Source: an uncultured Campylobacter sp.
Lineage (GTDB): Bacteria > Campylobacterota > Campylobacteria > Campylobacterales > Campylobacteraceae
Reading direction: 5' to 3'
NCBI GenBank assembly: GCA_963516335.1
Contig: CAUQCZ010000001.1
Coordinates: forward strand, 1 to 61,220
Length of the DNA: 61,220 nucleotides
The translations under genes and the position numbers were made by a program. Positions 41,815-51,454 of this stretch are shown in pieces. Below the pieces are notes generated by a model. The model ran no database searches, was not told the origin of the DNA, and saw nothing but the letters and a program-made list of their open reading frames with translations. Within the stretch, counting starts at the first letter, position 1. Every line of letters begins with the position of its first letter.

Positions 41815-42602
41815 TTACTCCGCTAGCCCCAAAGCCCGCAGCTCGTTTAGGCCGTCTGCTATGGGCTCTTTAAATTTTTTAGGACGCGACGTCGGCACGG
41901 TTAGCACGATGTCCTCTCGGCCGTCCTCTAAAAAATCTTTTAAATACGCCGTCACGTAGCTAAATTTACTCTCAAACTCCTCGCTAAGCTGATTTAGAGA
42001 GTGAAATTTATCTCGTCTTACGACAAACTGCGTTGAAGTATCAAGCACGAAAAGCCGCGCGGGGATACCTCATAATCAAATCCAGAAAGCCTTGCCTCGC
42101 TGATATCAAGCGCCCAGTCGGCACGGCTGTAAAAATCTTGTCTAAAAGCGTCTATTTTGAGCTGGAGTTTTGGATTTTTATGCGTCATAAAGCCGCATTT
42201 GTTTATGCGAAACGAGGTGATTTTGCCCTTGATTTTGACGCGGCAAAAGAGCACGGAGTCCAGTATGCCGTAGTCGTTAAAGCAAGTATTTTCAAGCAAA
42301 ACGTCCCTTAAAACGCAAGGACCGAAAAAACAAGATCTAAAAGTACACCCGATAAAATTTACCCCGCTTATCGTCTGCGGATTTGCAAGATCGTTATTAA
42401 GCCCTATGTCGCAGTTTATAAACTCTACGTTTTTAAAGACTAGTCCGCCGCTACTTTTATTTTGCGCGCTTTTATCGTCTGTAAAATCAATCAAACGACC
42501 TTCTGCTAGATTTGTCGCCGAATTTTCGCTTGCGCCTGCTAACTCGTTTATTAACTGCGCTAAATTTTGCTTAAAAAATTTTTGATTTTGGATTATTTTC
42601 AT
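41815..42602 (-). pseudogene. Pentapeptide-repeat-like protein split by one frameshift near 42068
   Basis: ORFs 42018..42602 and 41815..42048 join if one base is added at GAGGT, giving WALDISEARLSGFDYEGIPARLFVLDTSTQFVVRR. Confidence 0.65.
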
Positions 42603-42714
42603 CGTTTTTATTTCGTCGTTTATTTTTATCGCAAAAGGCGTTAAATTTGAGCCATAAGTATAAATTAAACGCCTTAAAAGCTACCAAATTTAGCCAAAAT
42701 CGCCAAAGTCGGGC

Positions 42715-43995
42715 TCACTCGTCTTTTTTCTCGTCCTCTTTTTTGCCAATCTTTTCTTTGGCGGTTTTTATGAGATTTTCGGCGGCTTTGTAGAGCTTTT
42801 CGCCTAGTTCTTTTGATTTTGCTTTGAGGTTCTCGCCGATCTCGCTAGCACTTATCTCGGTTAGTTTCTCCTCGGTTCGTTTTTCAAAGTCGCTGATCTC
42901 TTTTTTGAGCGCTTCGATGCGTTCTTTGGCGTTAAAATTTTCTTTAAGCTTATCGCCGGCCTGGCCGACCTCGCGCTTTAGCTCCTCAAATTTAGCTCCG
43001 GCAAGGCTAGCGAATTTATCGATATTTTCGTTAAATTTTAACTCCTCTAGCTGAAGCTCGATCTGGCGCGAAACGTCGTTTTGCAGGCGCTTAAATTTGG
43101 CGAAGTAGCTATCTATGGACTCGTCTAGGATTTCGTTTATCACGGCAGCAGACGGCTCCTCTGAGCGCGCCATATCGCGCAGCATCGCTACAAATCTCTC
43201 CTCGAGTCTAACAAATTCTCTAGCCTCGCCCAGCAGCCTCTGGCCGTCCGGGGCAAATTTGATCTCCTCGATAAACTTCTCCGTCCTTTTGCCAAGCGCT
43301 TCTTTTACGCCCCCGATCGCGCCGCTGATTAGTTCTTTGGCAAAGGCCTGATCGACGTCGGCTATCTCGCACGCCGCCTCGCAGACCGTCCTTGCGATCT
43401 CCAGGATGCGCTCTTTGCTCGCTTCGTCCTCGTTTATCGCGCTAAGTACGACGTTTTTGGCGATTTGCTCCACCGTATCTTTCACGTCGTCGCCCTTTTC
43501 GATCGCGGTTAGAAACGCCGCCTCGGTGGTTTCTTTTAGGATTCCCAGCAGTTGTAGCTCGCAGAGCATTTTTTCGTCTATCGCGGTTAAAATTTCGTCT
43601 TTATCCGCTAGGTCGCTGCTTTTGATGAAATTTTCCATATTTTCAAGTAGCGCGCGAACGTCGTTTTTTATCTCGTCTTTTTGCGCATAAATTTGCCGAT
43701 CGATCTGCTCTTTTTCGTAGATTAGGCGGTGGATATACTGCTCTTTTGCCTCGCTGAGCGCGTCGCCTGCGCTTTGGATGAGGTTGGCGATGTTTTGACG
43801 GTTTAGCAGATCCTCGCCTTTTAGCGCCTCGCAAATTTGCTCAAATTCTTTAGCCAGAGCCGCGTTTGCGTCGCCGCCTTTTGCGCCTTTGATGCTTTTT
43901 CTAAACTCGCTTAGCGCAAATTCCCTGATCAAAACGGAAATTTGCGGGTCGTTTTTGTTCTCTTTTATGGTTTGGATGAAGACTAAATTTTGCAT
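42715..43995 (-). CDS. Hypothetical alpha-helical/coiled-coil protein
   Basis: Long E/K/A-rich helical ORF; likely start ATG 43995 after AAGGA. Confidence 0.8.
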   Translation of the reverse strand: MQNLVFIQTIKENKNDPQISVLIREFALSEFRKSIKGAKGGDANAALAKEFEQICEALKGEDLLNRQNIANLIQSAGDALSEAKEQYIHRLIYEKEQIDRQIYAQKDEIKNDVRALLENMENFIKSSDLADKDEILTAIDEKMLCELQLLGILKETTEAAFLTAIEKGDDVKDTVEQIAKNVVLSAINEDEASKERILEIARTVCEAACEIADVDQAFAKELISGAIGGVKEALGKRTEKFIEEIKFAPDGQRLLGEAREFVRLEERFVAMLRDMARSEEPSAAVINEILDESIDSYFAKFKRLQNDVSRQIELQLEELKFNENIDKFASLAGAKFEELKREVGQAGDKLKENFNAKERIEALKKEISDFEKRTEEKLTEISASEIGENLKAKSKELGEKLYKAAENLIKTAKEKIGKKEDEKKDE

Positions 43996-44003
43996 GAAAG
44001 TCC

Positions 44004-44267
44004 TTATAGTACGTATTTGCAAACGCGTCTTAGCGCGGAAAATATCTCTAATCGCTCCTGGTTAGAATTAACCAAAACGCTTAGATTGTAGCTTTTGTAT
44101 TTGCTCTCTTTGCTCGATTTTGACGGCGTTATCTTGTGTTGCCTCTCGCCTACGACGCCCTGCGCGATAGCTTCGGCGTTTTCACTATCAAGCACGATGA
44201 TTTTGTATTCCCAAAAATTTGGGTATGAGATTTCAGGTTCTTTATTTAGATCGCACGTAGTCGCCAC
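44004..44267 (-). CDS. HP0495/YbeD-family (DUF493) protein
   Basis: [25 protein letters not shown]-terminal KYVL. Confidence 0.85.
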   Translation of the reverse strand: MATTCDLNKEPEISYPNFWEYKIIVLDSENAEAIAQGVVGERQHKITPSKSSKESKYKSYNLSVLVNSNQERLEIFSALRRVCKYVL

Positions 44268-44715
44268 TTTTGCCTCCGCTCTTGCTTTCTAGCGCGATAT
44301 CAGTTATCTGCATGGTTTTATCTATCGCTTTTATCATATCGTAGATCGTTAGGAGACCGACGCTAACGCCTGTTAGTGCCTCCATCTCGACGCCTGTTTT
44401 GCCGTCTATCTTGACGCTAACGGTTAGCTTGTAGGCACAGATTTCGGTTAGCTCGTCGATGTCGCAGTTTATGCCACTGATTAGCAGCGGGTGGCACATC
44501 GGGATGAGTTCGCTCGTCTTTTTCGCGCCCATTATCGCGCCTACGACGGCGGTTTGCAGGACGGGGCCTTTTTTGCCCGTGTTGTTTTTGATCGCGTCAA
44601 AGGCCTCGCGCGACATTTTTATGATGCCGCTTGCTACGGCTATGCGCGTAGTTACGCCCTTGTTGCTTACGTCGACCATTTTGGGGCGGTTATTTTCGTC
44701 TATGTGAGTTAGCAT
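44242..44715 (-). CDS. moaC: Cyclic pyranopterin monophosphate synthase
   Basis: MLTHID...[37 protein letters not shown]; start ATG 44715. Confidence 0.96.
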   Translation of the reverse strand: MLTHIDENNRPKMVDVSNKGVTTRIAVASGIIKMSREAFDAIKNNTGKKGPVLQTAVVGAIMGAKKTSELIPMCHPLLISGINCDIDELTEICAYKLTVSVKIDGKTGVEMEALTGVSVGLLTIYDMIKAIDKTMQITDIALESKSGGKSGDYVRSK

Positions 44716-44813
44716 TTTCGTCCTTTCGCCTGAAACGCTAAATTTGCTTAAATTTGAGCTAGGCGGAGTAAATTTATGAGAAGGATTATAACTAAAAAAG
44801 CTTAATGAATAAG

Positions 44814-44877
44814 ACAAAAACGCCTCGGCAGGGGGAGTCGAGGCGCCGTTACAAAAAGGAGGTTTTCTTGTCGGACG
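44814..44877 (-). ncRNA. Candidate small RNA of about 65 nt with C/U-rich motifs
   Basis: Extended -10 TGgTATGAT at 44891-44883; body carries ACCTCCTTTTT; terminator CGCCTCG-ACTCCCCCTGC-CGAGGCG-TTTTT. Confidence 0.45.
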
Positions 44878-44929
44878 CCGAAATCATACCAAAAAGGTCT
44901 AAATTTTATCCCAATTTTTCGTAAATATA

Positions 44930-46102
44930 TTATTCCTTGCTTTTCGCGTAGGCCAGAGCGCCTGATTTTAGGCGTTTTAGCCCCTCCAGTACGCGCGATC
45001 TTTGGGTTGCGATATTGAGGCGTAGGAAGCATTTCTCGGTACCTCTGTACGCGTTGCCGTCGTTTAGCCAAAGTCCCGCTTTTTGGCGTAAAAATTTATG
45101 AAAATCGCTAGCGTCGTCACAAATTTCGCGGCAATCAAGCCAGAGCAGATATGTGGCGTCCTGCTCTACAAGCCTGATCTGCGGTAGTTCGTTTTGCAAA
45201 AAATCGCTCACGATTTTACGGTTTTGCTCTACGTATTCGCGCATCTCGTCCAGCCATGCTTCGCCTTGCTCAAACGCCGCGATCGCCGCGATACAAGAAA
45301 ACGCATTGCCCTCGCCGACCTCGTCGTCGTTGATGGCCTTTGCCATTTTGGCGCGCAGTTTTGGGTTCGGCACTACAGCGGTGGAGCTTTGCAGGCCCGC
45401 GATGTTAAAGGCTTTAGTCGGCGAAACGCAGGTGATCGAGATGTTTTTGCAAGTCTCGCTCGCGCGGATAAACGGCACGTAGTTTTTGCTAGGGCTCGTG
45501 ATGTCGCAATGTATCTCGTCAGAGATCACCAAAACGCCGTGTTTAGCGCATAGTTCGCCGATTTTGGCTAGCTTTTCCTCGCTCCAAATTTTACCGACGG
45601 GATTGTGCGGGTTGCAAAGGATAAACATCGTCGTTAGCGGATCGGCGAGCTTTTCTTCTAGGTCGGTAAAATCTATATCGTAGCCGCGCCCGTCGTAGGC
45701 TAGCTCGTTTGCGAGCGCGACTCTGCCGTTGTTTTCGATGCTGCGGTAAAAGACGTGATAGACGGGGCTTTGGATCACGATTTTATCGCCTACGCTCGTA
45801 AATTTGCGCACGGCGGAGCTAATGATCGGGATCACGCCCGTGCAAAAAATCAGCCAGCTCGGGTCAAATTTGACGTCGTGGCGCCTGCTCCACCACGAAC
45901 AGATGGCCTCGCTCCACTCCTGCGGCACGTACGAGTAGCCAAAAACCCCGTTGTCTAGGCGCTTTTGCAGCGCTTCTAAAATTTCGGGCGCGACCTTAAA
46001 ATCCATATCCGCCACCCACATCGGCAGTTCGTCGCCGCTTGTTTTCCATTTCGACGAATACGTCCCGCCTCGCTCTACAGGCGCGTCAAAATCGTATTTC
46101 AT
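44930..46102 (-). CDS. MalY/PatB-family PLP-dependent C-S lyase (cystathionine beta-lyase-like)
   Basis: PMWVADMDF, CNPHNPVG, SDEIHCD, SPTKAFNIAGL, TYLLWLD; start moved to ATG 46102 after AGGAG. Confidence 0.92.
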   Translation of the reverse strand: MKYDFDAPVERGGTYSSKWKTSGDELPMWVADMDFKVAPEILEALQKRLDNGVFGYSYVPQEWSEAICSWWSRRHDVKFDPSWLIFCTGVIPIISSAVRKFTSVGDKIVIQSPVYHVFYRSIENNGRVALANELAYDGRGYDIDFTDLEEKLADPLTTMFILCNPHNPVGKIWSEEKLAKIGELCAKHGVLVISDEIHCDITSPSKNYVPFIRASETCKNISITCVSPTKAFNIAGLQSSTAVVPNPKLRAKMAKAINDDEVGEGNAFSCIAAIAAFEQGEAWLDEMREYVEQNRKIVSDFLQNELPQIRLVEQDATYLLWLDCREICDDASDFHKFLRQKAGLWLNDGNAYRGTEKCFLRLNIATQRSRVLEGLKRLKSGALAYAKSKE

Positions 46103-46243
46103 TTGCTCTCCTTGTGTGATTTTTGCGGGTATTTTAGCAAATTTCGGGCGTAAATTTACAAATTTAATCGTATTTGTATTTTTGAAATTAATTTTTAATG
46201 CGATATTTTTTATAATTTGGATTAAATCCTTCAAGGAGCTAAA

Positions 46244-46918
46244 ATGATAACGATAAACTCGCGACTAGCAAGCCCGAATTTAAAGATCGACAAATCTCTT
46301 GCCAGGTTGATTCAAGGTTTTATTTACAGGCATTTGCCGGATGCCGAGCACGAGGGATACAGACACGAATCCAGCGGTAAAATTTTTAAACGAACGAATT
46401 TCGATTTTTTGCTAAACGGGGCTGATTTACGCGTTAGATTTACCTCTTACGAACCGGAATTTGAAAAAATAATCGCGCTTGCCGTGCTAAAAGACGGGCT
46501 AAATTTGGGAAAAATCCACATACTAGATACTACCGTTGCAGTTAGCGAACACAGAACTACGCAAAGCAAAGCAAGGCTGCAAGGCTGCGTGATATGCTCG
46601 GTACAAGGGCTTTTGGGGCATAAAGTCTATTTAGAACCGCAAGATTCAAGGCATCTTGAGATGATGAAAACAAACGCTTTGCAAAGATTTGAAACGCTTT
46701 CAGGGTGCAGATACGAGGGCGAATTCGAGCTAAATTTGCTCCGCCAAGATTTAGGAAAACCGCTTTATTTTTACTACGGCAACAACCAAACGCCGGCAAA
46801 AGCGTGGCCTGCGGTTTGGGATATCAAGGCCCTGCCAGAGCTCATAAATACGGTGCTAGACGCCGGAGTAGGCGGCGGATGTATGAACTGCGGAGCGGGG
46901 TTTTTAGAGACGATATAG
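46244..46918 (+). CDS. cas6: Orphan CRISPR-associated endoribonuclease Cas6 homologue
   Basis: IQGFIY...HEGY...FKRTNF N-terminal motif, KVYLEP, NALQRFE and C-terminal G-rich loop DAGVGGGCMNCGAGFL; own -10 TATAAT (46211) and AAGGAG RBS. Confidence 0.8.
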   Translation: MITINSRLASPNLKIDKSLARLIQGFIYRHLPDAEHEGYRHESSGKIFKRTNFDFLLNGADLRVRFTSYEPEFEKIIALAVLKDGLNLGKIHILDTTVAVSEHRTTQSKARLQGCVICSVQGLLGHKVYLEPQDSRHLEMMKTNALQRFETLSGCRYEGEFELNLLRQDLGKPLYFYYGNNQTPAKAWPAVWDIKALPELINTVLDAGVGGGCMNCGAGFLETI

Positions 46919-46991
46919 ATAAGCCGCGCATAACCGCTTTGACGCGGTTAAATTTATAAAGCCGTTTTATGCTAAATTTAACGAAAGCGGC

Positions 46992-47082
46992 TTGATTTAT
47001 TTCGCAAAAATCTTTATAATACGGCTCAAATTCGACCCAAAGGATAAGCTTAATGCTTTGCCCCATGTTTAAGACTCTTTAA
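46992..47082 (+). promoter_or_regulatory. Sigma70-type promoter and 9-codon uORF (MLCPMFKTL) upstream of metE
   Basis: TTGATT-17nt-TATAAT at 46992-47020; AAAGGA at 47039-47044; ATG 47053 to TAA 47082. Confidence 0.5.
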
Positions 47083-47457
47083 TCTTAACAAAAAAACAGC
47101 CAAATTTTTAAACAATTTCACGTTTTTAAACATTGATATAAATTTATTTCTATCGCCGCGAGGAACGCATTGTAATTGCATTTTTAAAAACAAAGCCAAA
47201 CAGCGCCTAAAATTCGGGCGAAATTTATTTAGCAGGGTTTTTTATAAATTTTACTTTAGCTTGCGAAAAAGCGGTTGCCACCCGCCTTTTACTTACGCTC
47301 TCTTGGACGATTTTGACGGAGGCTTAAATTTGCTCCCAGCGGCAGGCTACGTGCCTAGCCTTGGTCGCAAATTTGGGCGCCAACCGCCAAACTCGCCTCA
47401 AGATAACGCAATTAAAATTTAAATCCAAAAATCACAAAATTTAAAAAAGGAATCAAA

Positions 47458-49728
47458 ATGATAAAAAGTTACGTTACGGGCTTCCCGCGAATCGGAGAAA
47501 AAAGAGAGCTAAAACGCGCGCTTGAGGGTCTTTGGAGTAAAAAAGAGGGTTTTAGCGAGGAAAATTTGCTAAGCGTCGCTAAAACGCTAAAAAATAGACA
47601 CTGGCAATACCAAAAAGACGCCGAAATTTCAGCTATCAGCGTGAACGATTTTTCGCTTTACGATTTGATGCTAGACGCCATCGTGGCATTTGGCGCGGTG
47701 CCGCCTAGATTTGCGAATTTAAGCGGATTAGAGCAGTATTTTGCCTGCGCTCGCGGCAACGAAAAAGGCGTAGCGATGGAGATGACTAAGTGGTTTAACA
47801 CGAACTACCACTACATCGTGCCCGAACTTAGTGCTCAGACGACCTTTAAGCTTGACGCGTCAAAAATCATTAACGAATACGAAGAGGCAAAGGCTGCGGG
47901 CGTAAAAGGCAAGATAAATTTAATCGGCCCTATCACGTTTTTAGCGCTTTCAAAGACCACCGACGGCAGCTGCGCGCTTTGCCATTTAGACGCGCTAACG
48001 GCGCAATACGTCAAGCTTTTGGAGCAAATTTCAAAGCTAGACGGCGAAATCCTAGTCCAGCTAGACGAGCCGATATTCGTAACTAGCAAGGGCGACGCGC
48101 TAACGGATAAAATCGCGCCCGTTTACGAGAAGCTAACCGCGGCCGCAAGCAACGTGAAAATCGTATTTATGACCTATTTCGAACACGCGCTAAAAGCCGT
48201 GGACGAAGCGCTAAAAACTAAAATTTACGGCATCGGGCTTGATTTTGTTTACGGCGAGAAAAATATCGAGGCTCTGCCTGCTATCGTAAACTCTAACGTA
48301 AAGCTTTTCGCCGGCGTCGTAAACGGCAGAAACGTGTGGAAAAGTAACATCGACGAGCGCGTAAATTTTGTCAAGCAAATAGCGCAAAAACTAGGCGGCA
48401 AGGACTTTTACGTAGGATCTAGCTGCTCGCTGCTCCACGTGCCTTTTACCCTAAAATACGAAGAAAAACTAAATCCCGAGGTCAAAAGCTGGCTAAGTTT
48501 TGCCGTTGAGAAGCTAAGCGAAATCGCAATCATCGCAAAGCTCGCAAACGGCGCGGCGCTAAACGAAAACGAAGCTAAAATTTACGCCGAAAATAAAGCC
48601 AGCGCTAATTCCCGCGCAAATTCTGCTCTCATCCACGACGCCGCTGTCCAGGCTCGCGTCGCGAATTTGACCAAATTCGAGCGCGAAGAGAAGTTTGAAG
48701 ACCGCATCAAAATCCAGCACGAAGTCCTAAACTACGGCATCTTGCCGACTACGACGATAGGTAGTTTCCCGCAAACGGTAGAGCTTCGCGTTCTGCGCCA
48801 AAATTTCAAAAAAGGCGAGATCAGCGAGCAGCAGTATAACGACGGTATCAAAAAATACATCGACGAGTGCGTGAAATTTCAAGAAGACGTCGGACTTGAC
48901 GTGCTAGTCCACGGCGAGCCGGAGAGAAACGATATGGTCGAGTATTTCGGCGAGCAGATCAAAGGCTACGCGTTTAGCGAAAACGGCTGGGTACAAAGCT
49001 ACGGCAGCCGCTGCGTGAAGCCGCCTTTGCTTTTCGGCGACGTGAGCCGTCCAAAAGCGATGACGGTCGAGTGGATATCCTACGCGCAAAGCCGCACGAA
49101 AAAGATAATGAAAGGCATGCTAACGGGCCCGGTAACCATCCTAAACTGGAGCTTCGTGCGCGACGACAAGCCGCGAGCCGATATCGCTAAACAGCTTGCT
49201 CTATGCATCTACGACGAGATCGCCGATCTGCAAGACGCGGGCATAAAAGTCATCCAAGTAGACGAAGCCGCGTTTAAAGAGGGCTATCCGCTACGCGACG
49301 AAAACATCGGAGCATACGAGAAATTTTCGGTCGATTGCTTTAAGCTCTCGGTCGCTTCGGCTCGCGCGCAGACGCAGATACACACTCATATGTGTTACTC
49401 GGAGTTTAACGACATCATCAAGACCATCGAGGCGATGGATGCCGACGTCATCAGTATCGAGACGGCTCGCAGCGGTAACGAACTGCTAAAAATCTTTAAA
49501 TCCGTCGGCTACAAACAAGAAGTGGGCCCGGGCATCTACGACATCCACAGTCCGCGCGTACCGAGCATCGACGAGATGGTCGCGCAGATCAGGGCGCTGC
49601 TAGAAGTGTTGCCTAAAGAACAACTCTGGATCAACCCCGACTGCGGCCTAAAAACCCGCAAATGGGAAGAGGTCGAGCCGAGCCTAAAAAATCTCGTGCA
49701 AGCCGTTAAAATCGTGCGAAATTCGTAA
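47458..49728 (+). CDS. metE: Cobalamin-independent methionine synthase
   Basis: GFPRIG, MTKWFNTNYHY, TTTIGSFPQT, HTHMCYSE, NPDCGLKTR. Confidence 0.97.
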   Translation: MIKSYVTGFPRIGEKRELKRALEGLWSKKEGFSEENLLSVAKTLKNRHWQYQKDAEISAISVNDFSLYDLMLDAIVAFGAVPPRFANLSGLEQYFACARGNEKGVAMEMTKWFNTNYHYIVPELSAQTTFKLDASKIINEYEEAKAAGVKGKINLIGPITFLALSKTTDGSCALCHLDALTAQYVKLLEQISKLDGEILVQLDEPIFVTSKGDALTDKIAPVYEKLTAAASNVKIVFMTYFEHALKAVDEALKTKIYGIGLDFVYGEKNIEALPAIVNSNVKLFAGVVNGRNVWKSNIDERVNFVKQIAQKLGGKDFYVGSSCSLLHVPFTLKYEEKLNPEVKSWLSFAVEKLSEIAIIAKLANGAALNENEAKIYAENKASANSRANSALIHDAAVQARVANLTKFEREEKFEDRIKIQHEVLNYGILPTTTIGSFPQTVELRVLRQNFKKGEISEQQYNDGIKKYIDECVKFQEDVGLDVLVHGEPERNDMVEYFGEQIKGYAFSENGWVQSYGSRCVKPPLLFGDVSRPKAMTVEWISYAQSRTKKIMKGMLTGPVTILNWSFVRDDKPRADIAKQLALCIYDEIADLQDAGIKVIQVDEAAFKEGYPLRDENIGAYEKFSVDCFKLSVASARAQTQIHTHMCYSEFNDIIKTIEAMDADVISIETARSGNELLKIFKSVGYKQEVGPGIYDIHSPRVPSIDEMVAQIRALLEVLPKEQLWINPDCGLKTRKWEEVEPSLKNLVQAVKIVRNS

Positions 49729-49971
49729 ATTTAGAGCTTCGCTCAAATCTCGCCGCCTTTTTTGCTAATTTAGCAAACGGGCGGCGGTTTAAATTTAGCG
49801 GCTTTGCGCTAGATTGATTTTACTTTTTTGGCGCGAATTTAGCGCGGGTTAAATTAGGCTTGGATTTTGCAAATAAAGCTCGTAGCAAAGTAAATTAAGT
49901 TTTATTCCGCGCCGCAACTGTAAATTTAGCCGCAAACACCGCATTTTCTACATATTAAATTTGGAAATTTC

Positions 49972-50853
49972 ATGCTAAAAGAAAAAATTTTAAATAAAGA
50001 AAAAAATCTTTTGCTCTACGCTTTGACGCCGCCAAAGGCCGAATTTGACGAGGCCAAGCTGCGCGAGATAGCAGATCGCTGGACGGCGCGCATAGAGAGC
50101 GTAAACGCCGACGGACTCGTGCTTTACGAGGTGCAAGACGAAAGCGACAGAAGCGACTCGCAAAGGACTTTCGAGTTTAGCGGGACGCTAAGTCCGCAAA
50201 ACTACTACGCAAACTACCTAAAAGTCGCGACGCCTAGCGTTTTTTACCGAGTCGCGGGCGGATACGACGAGAGCGAGTTTCGCGCGGCTTTGGCGGCTCA
50301 GAGCGCTGATTTATGCGTGCTTGTCGGAGCTACGTCTAGCGCGCAAAAAACAAGGCTGGATTTGACTCGCGCCTACGAGATTGCGGGCGAATTTACAAAT
50401 TTAGCCTCAGGCGGCGTATGCATCGCCGAACGCCACGGCAAAAAGGGCGATGAGCCGCAGCGAATGCTGGAAAAAATCCGCCTCGGGGCTAAATTTTTCG
50501 TCTCGCAGGCGATTTTTGATGCGGATTTAGCGCGCAAATTTTTAGAAGACTGCGCGGCGGCCGAGATTAGCGAGCCGATATTTCTCACGTTTTCGACCGC
50601 GGGCAACCCAAAAACGCTGGAATTTATAAAGTGGCTGGGCGTGAGCGTGCCCCAAAGCGTCGAAAGCAGGCTAAATGCAAGTGCGGATTATCTGGCGCAA
50701 AGCTGCGAAATCATCAAAGAGATTTGGAGCGAGCTTAAAAGCTTCGGCGATAAAAACGGGCTAAATTTAAGCGCGAACGTCGAAAGCGTGATGGCAAAGC
50801 GCGCCGAGATCGAAGCGAGCCTAGAACTAGCCCGCGAGTTTAGGCTGCTTTAA
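49972..50853 (+). CDS. metF: Methylenetetrahydrofolate reductase family protein (divergent MetF)
   Basis: YALTPPK, YEVQDE, GGVCIAERH, GAKFFVSQA, WLGV; adjacent to metE. Confidence 0.75.
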   Translation: MLKEKILNKEKNLLLYALTPPKAEFDEAKLREIADRWTARIESVNADGLVLYEVQDESDRSDSQRTFEFSGTLSPQNYYANYLKVATPSVFYRVAGGYDESEFRAALAAQSADLCVLVGATSSAQKTRLDLTRAYEIAGEFTNLASGGVCIAERHGKKGDEPQRMLEKIRLGAKFFVSQAIFDADLARKFLEDCAAAEISEPIFLTFSTAGNPKTLEFIKWLGVSVPQSVESRLNASADYLAQSCEIIKEIWSELKSFGDKNGLNLSANVESVMAKRAEIEASLELAREFRLL

Positions 50854-50859
50854 GGCAAG

Positions 50860-51390
50860 CGGTAAATTCGGGCGACAAACGCGCGAAATTAAGGCGTAAA
50901 ATCGCGCCGCAAAGCAAATTTTACCTTCGCGCGGTTTTGGTTAAATTGATGCTTTTGTCCGGAATTTAATCCGTAAGCGCTAAATTTAAAGGAGCGAAAT
51001 TTAAGCATAAAATCGCGGATAAAGCCCGAAAATACGCGAACGGCGCAGGGTGTAAATTCGCTTTTGTGCTGGCTTTAAATTTAGCAGCTCTTGCTAAAAG
51101 CTAAAATTTTACGGAACGCTAAATTTAAAACCGCTAAATTTAAGCAGCGTTTAGATAAATTTACTCGATTTGCTCGTTTGCGGACGGGGTTAAATTTACG
51201 CGTAAATAGCGGCGACTAAATGCGAAACAAAGCGGCAAACGGCGTAAATTTAAGCAAAATCGCGGGACGAAAAGCGGCGTAAATTTAATAAAAAGCAAGG
51301 CGAAAAAGCCGTAAAATTTAAGCGCGAACGTTAGGTTAAAATTTAGCCGCCTTGCCTAAAATCAATCGCCGCACCGAAATTTAGCCGTAT
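50860..51390. repeat. Non-coding tract densely packed with RAATTY/TAAATTTA motifs
   Basis: About 17 RAATTY hexamers by hand count in about 530 bp, including repeated CGCTAAATTTAA and GGCGTAAATTTAA. Confidence 0.65.
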
Positions 51391-51454
51391 TTAGCTGCTT
51401 TGGTTTGCGGGCCGTAAACCGTAAAAAGCCGCCAAACCGCGTAAAGGAGTTAAA

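Noticed and set aside
47150..47410. SAM-I, SAH or cobalamin riboswitch upstream of metE
   Set aside because: Only scattered partial matches (GAGGAACG, GGCGCCAA, AAGATAA); the required helices could not be built by eye. Needs cmscan.
46919..47457. CRISPR array or single repeat next to cas6
   Set aside because: No regularly spaced 25-40 bp direct repeats were found, only short matches such as TTTTTAAACA twice.
50860..51390. Degenerate CRISPR array in the AAATTT-rich spacer
   Set aside because: Repeated units are only about 6-13 bp with irregular spacing.
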